Shown: one piece after another, positions 47,772-57,388 of the stretch
How positions within the stretch are numbered: the first letter of the stretch is position 1
Layout: each line of letters opens with the position of its first letter
Virus record (IMG/VR): IMGVR_UViG_2061766007_000738
DNA from: an uncultured virus (IMG/VR IMGVR_UViG_2061766007_000738)
Taxonomy: Duplodnaviria > Heunggongvirae > Uroviricota > Caudoviricetes
Length of the DNA stretch: 57,388 bases
Reading direction: 5' to 3' (one strand)
The notes under the pieces: generated by a model
The model's database searches: none
Told to the model about the DNA's origin: nothing
What the model saw: only the letters and a program-made list of their open reading frames with translations
Made by a program: the position numbers and the translations under genes

Positions 47772-49701
47772 CTATGCTGGCAACTCGCCGTTGCGTTGCA
47801 TTTCCACACCTTGTTGGCGAGCTTGTTGTTCCATCTGCTCGACGAGTTGCTTCACCATCGCATGTAGCGTCGGATTACCTTCACGCAACTGCGCATAAAG
47901 TCTCGAACGCGCCACACCGAGCGGTGTGGTGATGATGAGTTGCGCCGCCTGCTGTGCGTCCGCCTGAAGCTGCGCGATATCCACGTCCTGTTGATTCATG
48001 GACACCAGCTCTCCGATGGTTTGGCTCNNNNNNNNNNNNNNNNNNNNNNNNNNNNNNNNNNNNNNNNNNNNNNNCTTCTTGCGGAGGAGCTCCCTCTTCC
48101 TGCGGAGGCTGGAGCGCGGACATACCTGCATTCATCATTTCTTGCTTGAAAGCGCCAAGCGCCTGAGCGGAGTAACCGAGCTCCTGCTGGCGCTTTTCCA
48201 TCTCGATGTTGTCCTTGTACTGCTCAAGCTGCTCTTCCATGATACGCTTCCGTTCCATCCGCGGGTCGATGTTGAATCGACGGTAGAACGTAGTGTTGGA
48301 AACGATACCATTGGCATTGGCTTGTTGCAGGACTTGGATCATCATGGGATCGTCGCCGATGGACGGCTTGATGAGTGAGCCCTCCATCTGGGGCCAATTG
48401 AGCATCATCGAGCACCTGCGGAGATACCACGCAATGAAGAGGTCGTGTTGCCGCGCATCGAACGACCATGTCTGTTCGAACATCCGGAAAGACACCGGGG
48501 GAGAAGCGTTGCCGATCTGCAAAGAGGGTTTGGCGAACTCCACTGGAACACACTGAGTATTGAGCAATGCGTTGTTAACGTATTCGAGGACATCCACCGG
48601 AATGATTGCTTTGGCATCACCACCCATCTGCATACTGCCGATCGGCGTGGATACCATGTGCCACGAAGCCTGCTTGACCGCCTGCGCTTGAAGCGCGGAG
48701 NNNNNNNNNNNNNNNNNNNNNNNNNNGCTTGAGCGAGAATTGATTTCCGGCGATCGGGTCGGATCCGGTCTTCTCGTTCGGCAACGGAAACAGCAATCGC
48801 AACGGAAGGATAAAATCCTTGGCTCCAGCCTCGAGTTGTCGTTCGAGCAACATCAAAAGAATGACATAACGGAACCCCGGNNNNNNNNNNNNNNNNNNNN
48901 NNNNNNNNNNNNNNNNNNNNNNNNNNNNNNNNNNATGCAGACAGGATTCGCCTTTGAAGAGCACCGCCTCATCATTGATGATCGCATCGAGGATCGTCTT
49001 CGGCAAGGACTGGAGAGCCGCAGAGTCGGCATCGTTGTCGATGAACTTCTTATCGTTGTAACCGGGCGTCCACGTGATGCGTTCCGTGTCAGTGATCGAG
49101 CAGTAATCGATTGAGATGTCCAACGGACTCCAGTTCACCAGATTCAGCGGGTGCTCTTCGCTGGAGATGTTGTAAGTCTTGACGATTTGATTATTCCGTC
49201 GATGACACGCGTTACAGGTGGAAACGAACTCCTTTCCGGTGAAGTCATAGTCCACCCCGCGTTGCATGTTCTCTATATACCGTTCGGTTCCGCAATCAGG
49301 ACACACCAAAGCTCGGGTGATCGGCGTAAAGACACTGGTGAAAACGTTACCGTTGAATTGGAGGTCGATACCTATCTCCAGAGCTTTGGCGAGAATATCA
49401 TGCCGGGTGACCAAAAGTTTGGTGTACTTATCACGCGACGCAACGTCGATGGCGTCGCCGNNNNNNNNNNNNNNNNNNNNNNNNNNNNNNNNNNNNNNNN
49501 NCGAATCGCCGCACCGTAATCACCGAAACGGGTCTTCAACCAGTTCGCCCAGTAAAGGGCTTCGCGCAAAGTTCGGGGGTAGAGCAGTGTCGAATAAGAG
49601 TCCCAGATCGGACCCGACAACAGCAAGTCCATATCCGTGATCTTAGCCGCACCCAAACCCCGAGCCTGAAGCACTGGGCCGTTATACATTCCACTCAGCA
49701 T
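47772..49701 (-). CDS. Putative portal protein with Zn-ribbon insertion
   Basis: Four fragments totalling about 640 aa. Portal-like D...NGNVF motif followed by CPDC...CNAC; Q-rich C-terminus; placed at the start of the head module. Confidence 0.55.
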
Positions 49702-50140
49702 TGAAAGGGATTCGCTTTCGCCGTATCGTTTTTATGTTCTTCCGCACACTTTTCACACACAGGGATGCTGTTCTGCTCCTGTGTAGCGGCTTNNNNNNNN
49801 NNNNNNNNNNNNNNNNNNNNNNNNNNNNNNNNNNNNNNNGTGTATTGAGGTCCACCGACCTACGGGTTTTGAATTTCACCGGAGACTGCACAACGGTCTT
49901 CTTGGTCTCAATGACCTTCCCGTCCTTGGTTACACCCTGCTGAATATGCGGGGTGTATTGGAGTTGTTTGGGAAGGACGTTGAAAACGTCGTCCGTCACT
50001 CCGAGGATCGCCTTACCCGCAAGACAATCGTCATCCATTTCCACGGATGTGATCATCCCCGGATACATGCGCTGACGATTCTCCAAGGTTGCTTGGAGAG
50101 CCGCCTTGTTGTGAGCGATCCTAAGCTCTTTCTCAGTCAT
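49695..50140 (-). CDS. Hypothetical protein with C-terminal CxxC
   Basis: After the gap, the better frame reads ...IPVCEKCAEEH...NPFQC* (TGA at 49695). Confidence 0.5.
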
Positions 50141-50154
50141 TTAATATACCCTTT

Positions 50155-51674
50155 CTATTGAAAAATATCGAAACCGTACTTCTGGCGAGATGCTTCTGAC
50201 AATAATTCCTTGGCAGGAATGTCTGCCACGGGTTGGCCGTTGGATGTAACGCGTACTACGTTATCCCCGCGAAGTGCCAAAGCGGCTCTGATGCGATCCT
50301 TCAATGTTCTCGCGGTGTGCGTTACGGGGGTCATTCGTTGAACTTTCTTAGAGAGTTCGCGGTTCAGCATCCGTGTGAATATCTGTCGCACTTCGGCATC
50401 GGCGGAGTTAAGCCCCTGTGCTATACCGGGGTGTGCTGCCAGAAACTCGTTGCGCATCCGAGTAATATTGCGCTGAGTGGCGGNNNNNNNNNNNNNNTAT
50501 CTTGTTTTCCGCCTCTATACGCTCCCGTTCCATCTTGTCTGTGCCGTGGCCCATGCTCATAGCTTTGAACCACGCATTCGGGAGACTCATATCCTTGGTA
50601 AGGTTCCCCAAGTTGGCAAGCATCCCCTCATTTTCCGAGCGTTCTTGCTCGGATTGTACGGGTTTGGCGTGACGGAGGACTTCTTTACCTACCGCAATCG
50701 TTTCGGATAACGGGACGGCGTTATTCAACCCCATAGCCGATACCATACCATCCGTGTTTACCGGACTCAGTGACGATCCCGCGGCGGTCGTCTGCAACGC
50801 TTTCTCCGTTGCTTTGCGCTGCACCGAATACAGAAACGTCTGTACNNNNNNNNNNNNNNNNNNNNNNNNNNNNNNNNNNNNNNNNNNNNNNNNNNNNNNN
50901 NGCGAGCATGCGACGGTCATCTAAGCCTTTGCCGATGTCCTTGACGGTGTTGATTGCCGCGGTGGACATATCGGTGGCTTTGCCTAGAGGTGACAAGATC
51001 GGAGCGACTTTGCCGACACCGGGAATTTTCGGCCCGTATTTCAGCAGTGTGCTATAACCGGAGAATCCGAGAGCGTTAACACCAGACTTGGCGGATTCCG
51101 CCGCAAGGGAGTCTCCGGGGATGGCGTTTACGATAGGCTCGGTGACCGTCCCAAGTGCACGATAGCCCCAATAAGCCGGGTTGGTTATCGGTACGACATT
51201 GTCAGGATTGTTGAACGCCGCCTTAAAGCCCTCATACCGAGGACGCACTATCAGTTTTCCCACCGCTGTCGTCGGGCTGTTCCGAAGATCCGCGGCAGCT
51301 TGTTCCTTTTCCGCTGCTTGTGTATCATTTGCCAACACCCCGTGCACAGTGCTTCGCGCCAAGTCCAAGTCCCGTGGTGTCGCGTCAGCAGGCTGGGTCG
51401 TTTCGGATGAGCTGCTTTCTGGGAGCACTTCCCGCTCTTTTTGGTTCTTGACCTGTGGCGCTAACCACGGTTGAGGCTTATTAGCCAGTGCTTGGAGGAG
51501 CTTATATCCACCGTACCCGCCCGCGGCGACACCCACAACAGCACCAAGCGTACCCATGAGCTTTTTGTAGCGCTCAGGGGACAACTTGTAGGCGAGATAG
51601 CCCAAGGCACCACCACCTAAAGCAGCGGTGCCTATAGGGAGTGCGTATTTACCTATGTGCTGAAAGGAGGGCAT
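50155..51674 (-). CDS. Glycine-zipper virion-associated protein (about 500 aa)
   Basis: GTAALGGGALG and GTLGAVVGVAAGG segments; three fragments joined across gaps. Confidence 0.55.
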
Positions 51675-51683
51675 AGAGGGTGA

Positions 51684-52353
51684 TTAACCGCGCGAACCGT
51701 CGCCCGTCGACAACTGAGTGTGGTACTTCTGTGCTTGTCGTGCGGCATTCCCGCGCAACATCGGAGCAAAACCCTGCTCCACAGCGCGAATAGCGAGGTC
51801 GCTGGTTGCGGACTGCTCCTTCAGATTACGCGCCTTGATTGCCGACAAAGAATTGATGATCGCTTCCGCCTGATCGCGTTTAGCGTTTGCTTCAGCCTCT
51901 GCAGCGAGCGCCTTATCCTGCGCAGCATTCGCCTTATCTGCCGCGGCTACATCTTTGCTCCGCAACTCCGCCGGAGTCACGGCTTTAGAAGCAATGATGC
52001 GCTCCTGAATATTCCCGGGGATCTCAGAGATAGACTTGCCGAGATCTTTCAGACCAGTGCGACCAGTATTGAAGATGTGTTTGCCCCAATCATAGGCTTC
52101 TTGACCCTTCCAACCCGCCAGCAGTCCGGCGAGAATAGAGCTGATCGCACGTTTGCCCTTGTGTTTACCACTGGGGTCGATAAGGCTGGTGGCGCCATAG
52201 AGCCCCAGACCAGTACCGGTACCAATAAAACTACGTTTCAGGATGTCACGACCCGCAGGCGAACGCATCCAAGTCTTAATACCATTGAGAAGGTCGATTG
52301 CCGCGGCTTCTTTAGGGATGTANNNNNNNNNNNNNNNNNNNNNNNNNNNNNNN
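51684..52353 (-). CDS. Glycine-zipper protein (start inside a gap)
   Basis: IPKEAAA; IGTGTGLGLYG; ILAGLLAG; Ala-rich coiled coil. Confidence 0.55.
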
Positions 52354-52356
52354 CCC

Positions 52357-53200
52357 TTATTTATATTGAACCTTAAGTCTCGCCAGTGCATCCGCCCAGC
52401 GAGGGTCAGAAGTTGGAGTGTTGTCGATAATCTCTTCATCCGCGGCGGCGCGAGCGGGGCTGTTTGTACGTAGCAAGTAATCAGTGCCACTTTGCGCCAT
52501 GCGTTTACCCACCGAAGCGTCGTCNNNNNNNNNNNNNNNNNNNNNNNNNNNNNNNNNNNNNNNNNNNNNNNNNNNNNNNNNNNNNNNNNNNNNNNNNNNN
52601 NNNNNNNNNNNNNNNNNNNNNNNNNNNNNNNNNNNNNNNNNNNNNNNNNNNNNAGGAGTGAATTTGCTCCAATTCTGCGCCTCGATACCGCGCTTAACAG
52701 CGTCGTCTACCATATCAGCATGACGCTTTGCAGCAAGCATGTTACGCAGACCTCTAGCGGCATCCAAGCNNNNNNNNNNNNNNNNNNNNNNNNNNNNNNN
52801 NNNNNNNNNNNNNNNNNNNNNNNNNNNNNNNNNNNNNNNNCAACAAATACGCACCACCGCCAAATCCAAGACCGAGCCCGATGCGTTTCGCCGCATCGCT
52901 GTTCAAAAAATTCCGGGCAGCAACGAGCCAACTCTTGAGATCGGCAGCTTGCTTACGAACCGACGCTTCTTTNNNNNNNNNNNNNNNNNNNNNNNNNNNN
53001 NNNNNNNNNNNNNNATTCATACTCTCCTCAGGATTACCCTTGATTTCAGTTTTTATTTCTTCTTGGGACGGTTTACGCCCCCTCTTTTCGGCCTTCGAGT
53101 ACGCTATGGCAATAGCCTGCTTGATCGCGTCCTTCTTTTTCTTGTAGGTCTTTCCGGTTTCACCGTACTTATACCCACCTTTTGTTTCATGAACTGGCAT
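52357..53200 (-). CDS. Protein with small basic N-terminal domain and glycine zipper
   Basis: MPVHETKGGYKYGETGKTY...AIKQAIAI; KEASVRKQAA; IGLGLGFGGGAY; joined across gaps. Confidence 0.55.
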
Positions 53201-53203
53201 AAT

Positions 53204-53626
53204 TTACTTCCTCGGGTTGCTGTCCCAGAACCCCTTGATCGCTTCGAAATACGCCTTCGCCAGCTCCGGGTTCTCCTTGGCCAACTCTACGAGGTAACCA
53301 TTGAACTGCGGACCGACAAACCTTCTTATCTTCTTGATACCTTTTACAGTACCATCTTTACCAACGCTGATACCGGTAACAGCATCGATTTCCAGCTCCC
53401 ACCCCGAATTCTCCCGCGAGATATCGGTAGCCATGAAACCGTCGATGTAAGTGATGCTGGGAATGGCGTTCTGCGAATCAAAACCCGCCTTGAAGCTCTG
53501 CCCGAGCATGAATGCACCGGTGTTATGCGCGCAACCGCCTATACAGAAAATCACCAGCATGAACAAAAGGATCATTATGATCCCGATGACCACACGGCAC
53601 AAAACGTTAAGAGTTGACAGTCTCAC
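53204..53626 (-). CDS. Putative lipoprotein (spanin candidate)
   Basis: GAGG RBS plus GTG at 53626; hydrophobic stretch ending in a lipobox-like IGG|C; directly after the lysozyme gene. Confidence 0.55.
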   Translation of the reverse strand: MRLSTLNVLCRVVIGIIMILLFMLVIFCIGGCAHNTGAFMLGQSFKAGFDSQNAIPSITYIDGFMATDISRENSGWELEIDAVTGISVGKDGTVKGIKKIRRFVGPQFNGYLVELAKENPELAKAYFEAIKGFWDSNPRK

Positions 53627-53663
53627 TCGTGATACTTCCTCGTCTATCGCCGCCACCGGGCGA

Positions 53664-54288
53664 TTATACGCTCGGGGGCGTCGGTTTCGGGGCTTGATTC
53701 CACAATGCCAGCTCGGCATCCCGTCGATTTTTCAGCCCCTGCACGACCTGCGGAATATAAAACCTGCCTTGTTTATCCGTTTTTACATTCGGAGTTTGGG
53801 CATTAAAGCGGTTATCATACTTTCTGACATATTGCCAGCGACCGAATTCGCCAGGAATCTTTTCCAGTTCGTCTGCTTGGAGGTGCTTCATTATCGTACT
53901 GTTCTTGACGGCATTTCTTCCGACATTATATCCCCAACTAAGCAACGCTGCTTGTTGATTGGGGTTGAGTTTTNNNNNNNNNNNNNNNNNACAAATCTTC
54001 GGTTTCTGCAATACGGTTGTGTAGAAATCGTTGGGCATCCTTCTCCGGCATACCCATATCTCTATACTTGTTAATAAGGTTTTGATCGGTCAGACCGTAT
54101 CCGATCGTCTCGATTCCTTTTATATCCTTATATACACTATGCCGATTTCTGGCATTAAGCCTCGTACCTTCAAGCTGTGCAATAAAGGGTCTTGCCACGC
54201 GCAACGCCGGGCTTCCGAGATCTCCCAGCTGGTCGACATATCGCGCGGCTATCTTTCTAAGGCACTCTTTAACGTTCCCTGTCAACAC
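53664..54288 (-). CDS. GH24 phage lysozyme (endolysin)
   Basis: IAQLEG...YKDIKGIETIGYG (catalytic E/D/T pattern), NQQAALLSWGYNVG and GLKNRRDAELALW; joined across a gap. Confidence 0.9.
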
Positions 54289-54415
54289 CCAGCTTCTCCA
54301 ATATCTTCGCCGCGGATGCATGCCGCAACGCAAAACAAAACGCCCACGTCCTTATGGTTCGGTTCTCCAAAAGACGCAGGATCAGCTCAACCAATATTCT
54401 TTTTATTGCTTTCAA
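54269..54415 (-). CDS. Possible 48-aa peptide in the lysis cassette
   Basis: Manual read from TTG: KAIKRILVELILRLLENRTIRTWAFCFALRH...DRER*; fills the space between two genes. Confidence 0.3.
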   Translation of the reverse strand: MKAIKRILVELILRLLENRTIRTWAFCFALRHASAAKILEKLGVDRER

Positions 54416-54684
54416 CGCAGATCACCGTATGGTGCATTATCGCAACCAATATCACGAACAAACACCCGAACAAAATATGCTCCACGTTATAGGTATTTGC
54501 CGACGGGGGCTGGTGCTGTTGTTCGACTAGGGTTCTTACTTTCGCGCCGAGTTCGAGATCATCGGCGGTGTCCTTGAGAACCTTGTCTAAACGCTCTTCC
54601 GTAGTAGTGGGAGTAACCGGCGCGGTAGGNNNNNNNNNNNNNNNNNNNNNNNNNNNNNNNNNNNNNNNNNNNNNNNNNNNNNNT
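54387..54684 (-). CDS. Small single-TM membrane protein (start inside a gap)
   Basis: Manual read PTAPVTPTTTEERLDKVLK...HILFGCLFVILVAIMHHTVICV...NIG*; absent from the ORF track. Confidence 0.5.
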
Positions 54685-55020
54685 TCATTTCTTGATCTCG
54701 ACGTTACGTTTTACGAACGTCACAAACACTGCATTTAGAATAGCGAGGACACTACGGGCGCAATATCCCGCCAAAGCAATGGATATAGTGCGAAGATTCT
54801 CGGACAAACCCATTTCGAGTGTAGCCCAGTGAATGATAAGCCCACTAAAACCTGCAATGATGATCTCCGGAATGGCGATCTTCCACGAGTACGGCTCTCC
54901 GCGAGCCTTGCCGTAGAGAGTCCGTGTAAATCCACCAAATGCCGCCAATCCGATGATCGGCAGCAGATCCAACAATCTCAGCAGGTTTGCCTTCATTCTT
55001 TGTAGTTGATCCCGTGGCAT
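54685..55020 (-). CDS. Holin (LydA-like)
   Basis: 111 aa with about three TM segments (GLAAFGG; IIIAGFSGLII; IALAGY) and a basic C-terminus; upstream of the lysozyme gene. Confidence 0.75.
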   Translation of the reverse strand: MPRDQLQRMKANLLRLLDLLPIIGLAAFGGFTRTLYGKARGEPYSWKIAIPEIIIAGFSGLIIHWATLEMGLSENLRTISIALAGYCARSVLAILNAVFVTFVKRNVEIKK

Positions 55021-55140
55021 GGTTTTGACCTATTCGCTCTCATAATAGAGCATCGACAATACCACGTGTCAAATCCGGCGGTAAAGTCCTATACCAACGA
55101 AAGGAAATAAGCAGAGGTTAGCCAGAACTGGGCGTCACTA

Positions 55141-55585
55141 TTAATCAGCAGTAGTTTCTTCGCTATTCTCTTCCGGCTCTGCGGTTGCTTCTTCCCAGCA
55201 CTTATACCACCATTCGGGTTGCCCGTAACCTACTTTGGAACCGGTGTATTTACAGAGTTCATTGGCGGCACTCCAAGCGATCGCCAGTTGCAGACCGACT
55301 ACAGTACTGTATATCGGAGCTCGTTGAAATTCGACCATTTCGTCGAATCCACCGGTGAAAGACTCCAAGTTAGCCGCCGCTTTGATCTGACTACAGACCT
55401 GGCGAAACTGCGCACAAGCGCTATTAAACTCTTCGAGATAGACGCCAAAGTTTGAATTTGCCGGCGGCGGATTATACTCCGAGTAGCCAGCCTCAATGAA
55501 TTGCTCAGGAGAAGGNNNNNNNNNNNNNNNNNNNNNNNNNNNNNNNNNNNNNNNNNNNNNNNNCGTCTTTGATCCACATTTTCAT
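55141..55585 (-). CDS. Hypothetical protein (possible tail fibre chaperone)
   Basis: ATG at 55585 (MKMWIKD) joined across a gap to the frame ending ...EETTAD*. Confidence 0.45.
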
Positions 55586-55597
55586 GTTTCCCGCACC

Positions 55598-56943
55598 TTA
55601 TGAAGTTACGTATTCGATATAGCCGCCTTCCGCGACCGTTATGATCGCACCAGCATTGCTCGTGACCGCGAGCGCGGTGCAGCCGGAATTGACAAGCACC
55701 GATCCACCGGACGATACGACCATTGACGACATGGTTGCGCCGCTGTAGATCAAGCACGAGNNNNNNNNNNNNNNNNNNNNNNNNNNNNNACCCGCATAGA
55801 AAGGTGGAACGCCGGACAAGGTGATTGACGCCAAGACACCGCCCGGGTGACACTGCACGGCGGGACCCCCTTCTCCCGCAACGCCCCTCACCGATATGCG
55901 CTCTGCGCGCCCGCCCGACGATGTGAGGCAACGTGCGTTACGCCCGACGAACAGGGCATCGCAAACAGATCCGTTGGACATAACGGTTAACGTTCCACCG
56001 CTGAATATCCCGCCTGAGATAGTTCCGCTATTAAAAGCGCGAACATTGGCTTGATATAAAGCGTTCGGTTGGATAATGGTTCCGCCGCTAAGTGCGTCAA
56101 ATATCCCCTTTGACTCGACAGTGGCACCGGACGCAATGCCTCCGTTATTCACCATCACACGTCCCCCGGAAAATATTGTCGGCTCNNNNNNNNNNNNNNN
56201 NNNNNNNNNNNNNNNNNNNNNNNACTCGCCACGCCATCATTGTAAACGTGCATGACCTCTCCGCCATAGACAGTGGTTCCGGTCATGGTCATGGCGGAAC
56301 TGAGGACTGTGGTGCCAGATTTAAGGAACACTCCATATTGGCTTTCGATCGGCACGTTGGTGCCAGGTGGCACAAAGAATGTACCCGCTCCGCTGTTGTA
56401 TAGGAATTGCTCACTTACCTTGTCATACGCACAAGGCACGTTGTTCGCGTCGAGTGCGGGAACAAGGTGCTGCTTCAATACGCCGTTCTTCCAATACTTC
56501 CAGTAATACAAGCGCATGCCGGAATATTGCGCTGTGACCGTTCCTGCATTGTTGTTCGCGAACAAGTAGACAGAAAGAGCGCAGGTAACTCTTCGCGGAT
56601 TCGTAACAGAAGTCCCGTTGATAACAATATGGCTGTCGTCAATAGACAAAACCACGTCACCCTCCGGAATGGTCCCGCCCCCAGTATAACCCGACCCGTC
56701 TGCAACAATAACTGTACCACCAGTGGCGTAAACCCCGTTCCGCACACCCGATTCGCGCGACCCAAAGGCGGTGGTTGTTCCTAACCGCGCTGGGTTATAA
56801 TAGCCGATCTCGATCTTGTCGCCGCCCGCGAAATCGGGAGCGATCCCGGTATTGATCCATTGCGTACCCGTGGATTCGAGATACGCAAGCGGAGTGTATT
56901 TCGGCTTCTCGNNNNNNNNNNNNNNNNNNNNNNNNNNNCTCAC
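55598..56943 (-). CDS. Tail/adhesin protein: YLESTGTQ lectin-like domain plus AIDA-like beta-helix repeats
   Basis: YLESTGTQWINTG...LVPALD...YDKVS domain, then repeats such as TTVYGGEVMHVYNDGVAS, VNNGGIASGATV and VVSSGGSVLVNSG. The two track ORFs join across the gap (EPTIFSGGRVMVNNGG). Confidence 0.6.
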
Positions 56944-56946
56944 GAC

Positions 56947-57388
56947 TTAAGCCTCCAACGGTCCGGCAACGATCATCCCACCCATAAAGCCGATGGCGTA
57001 GGAGCTGCCGCCTTCATACGCAGAGGGGCGTCCGCCGAACCATTTAAAGCCGCTATCGTTGATATTGACCGAGCCTCCGGAGGCCAACGTAAACTCCAGC
57101 CAAGACTCTTGAACGGAGTTTTCAACGTGATACACATCTAAGTTTGTCAGAGGCTGGGTGTACACGTATCTGGTACCGCCTCGGAGGAGGTCGATACTGG
57201 CATTGGTGGTCGTGCTGTCGACGGACGTAACAAGTTCTGTTGCGACCTTGTTTCCGATAACACGCTGACCAACAAGACCTCCAATAATTACACCGTCGCT
57301 CGTAACAGCTAACCCGGAAGCACCTCCACACACCATAGCGTTGCCGGCGGCGGTTAAAATCAACGAATCGCCGGCGGATGCCCGAATA
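56947..57388 (-). CDS. Tail fibre-like protein, 5'-partial
   Basis: The frame is open to the window edge; beta-rich C-terminal domain. Confidence 0.5.
   Translation of the reverse strand, partial: IRASAGDSLILTAAGNAMVCGGASGLAVTSDGVIIGGLVGQRVIGNKVATELVTSVDSTTTNASIDLLRGGTRYVYTQPLTNLDVYHVENSVQESWLEFTLASGGSVNINDSGFKWFGGRPSAYEGGSSYAIGFMGGMIVAGPLEA

Noticed and set aside
54257..55072. TTGACA boxes before the lysozyme (54280-54285) and holin (55067-55072) genes as promoters
   Set aside because: The first has no -10 element and lies in coding sequence. The second needs a 19-nt spacer to reach TATTAT.
1014..56938. Many apparent frameshifts, split genes or pseudogenes
   Set aside because: The frame changes I checked coincide with N runs and the protein sequence continues across them, so they are gap-length artefacts.
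1..57388. Stop-codon reassignment
   Set aside because: TAA, TAG and TGA all end genes at coupled junctions, and coding density is high under the standard code.
1..57388. CRISPR array, tRNA, rRNA or diversity-generating retroelement
   Set aside because: No spaced repeats, cloverleafs or reverse transcriptase are visible. The masked stretches cannot be assessed.

Overview
The window is a continuous minus-strand late-gene region of a large contractile-tailed (myovirus-like) phage. Dozens of short N gaps interrupt it and often shift the frame by 1-2 nt, so many genes appear as fragments in the ORF track; I joined them here. In transcription order (high to low coordinates): AIDA-like-repeat tail/adhesin genes, a lysis cassette (holin, GH24 lysozyme, lipoprotein), glycine-zipper proteins, a putative portal, two genes for a cellular-type multisubunit RNA polymerase, prohead protease, scaffold, decoration protein, major capsid, neck, sheath, tube, hub/spike, a tail chaperone with a -1 slippery site, tape measure, a baseplate module containing a sigma70-family factor, and tail-fibre-like genes. 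Three things stand out. (1) The RNAP has rearranged subunit boundaries: beta is fused to the N-terminal half of beta', and the C-terminal half of beta' is a separate gene. It carries four inteins at active-site elements, including a 530-aa LAGLIDADG intein ending in Gln-Asp placed directly after the catalytic NSDHDGD motif. (2) A K-x-A-(S/A) motif recurs in head-module and glycine-zipper proteins, a candidate Lys-based processing or packaging signal. (3) The RNAP and sigma genes sit inside virion morphogenesis operons. All product calls come from motif recognition and gene order, not database searches. I saw no tRNA, rRNA, CRISPR array, terminase or RNAP alpha subunit in the window.
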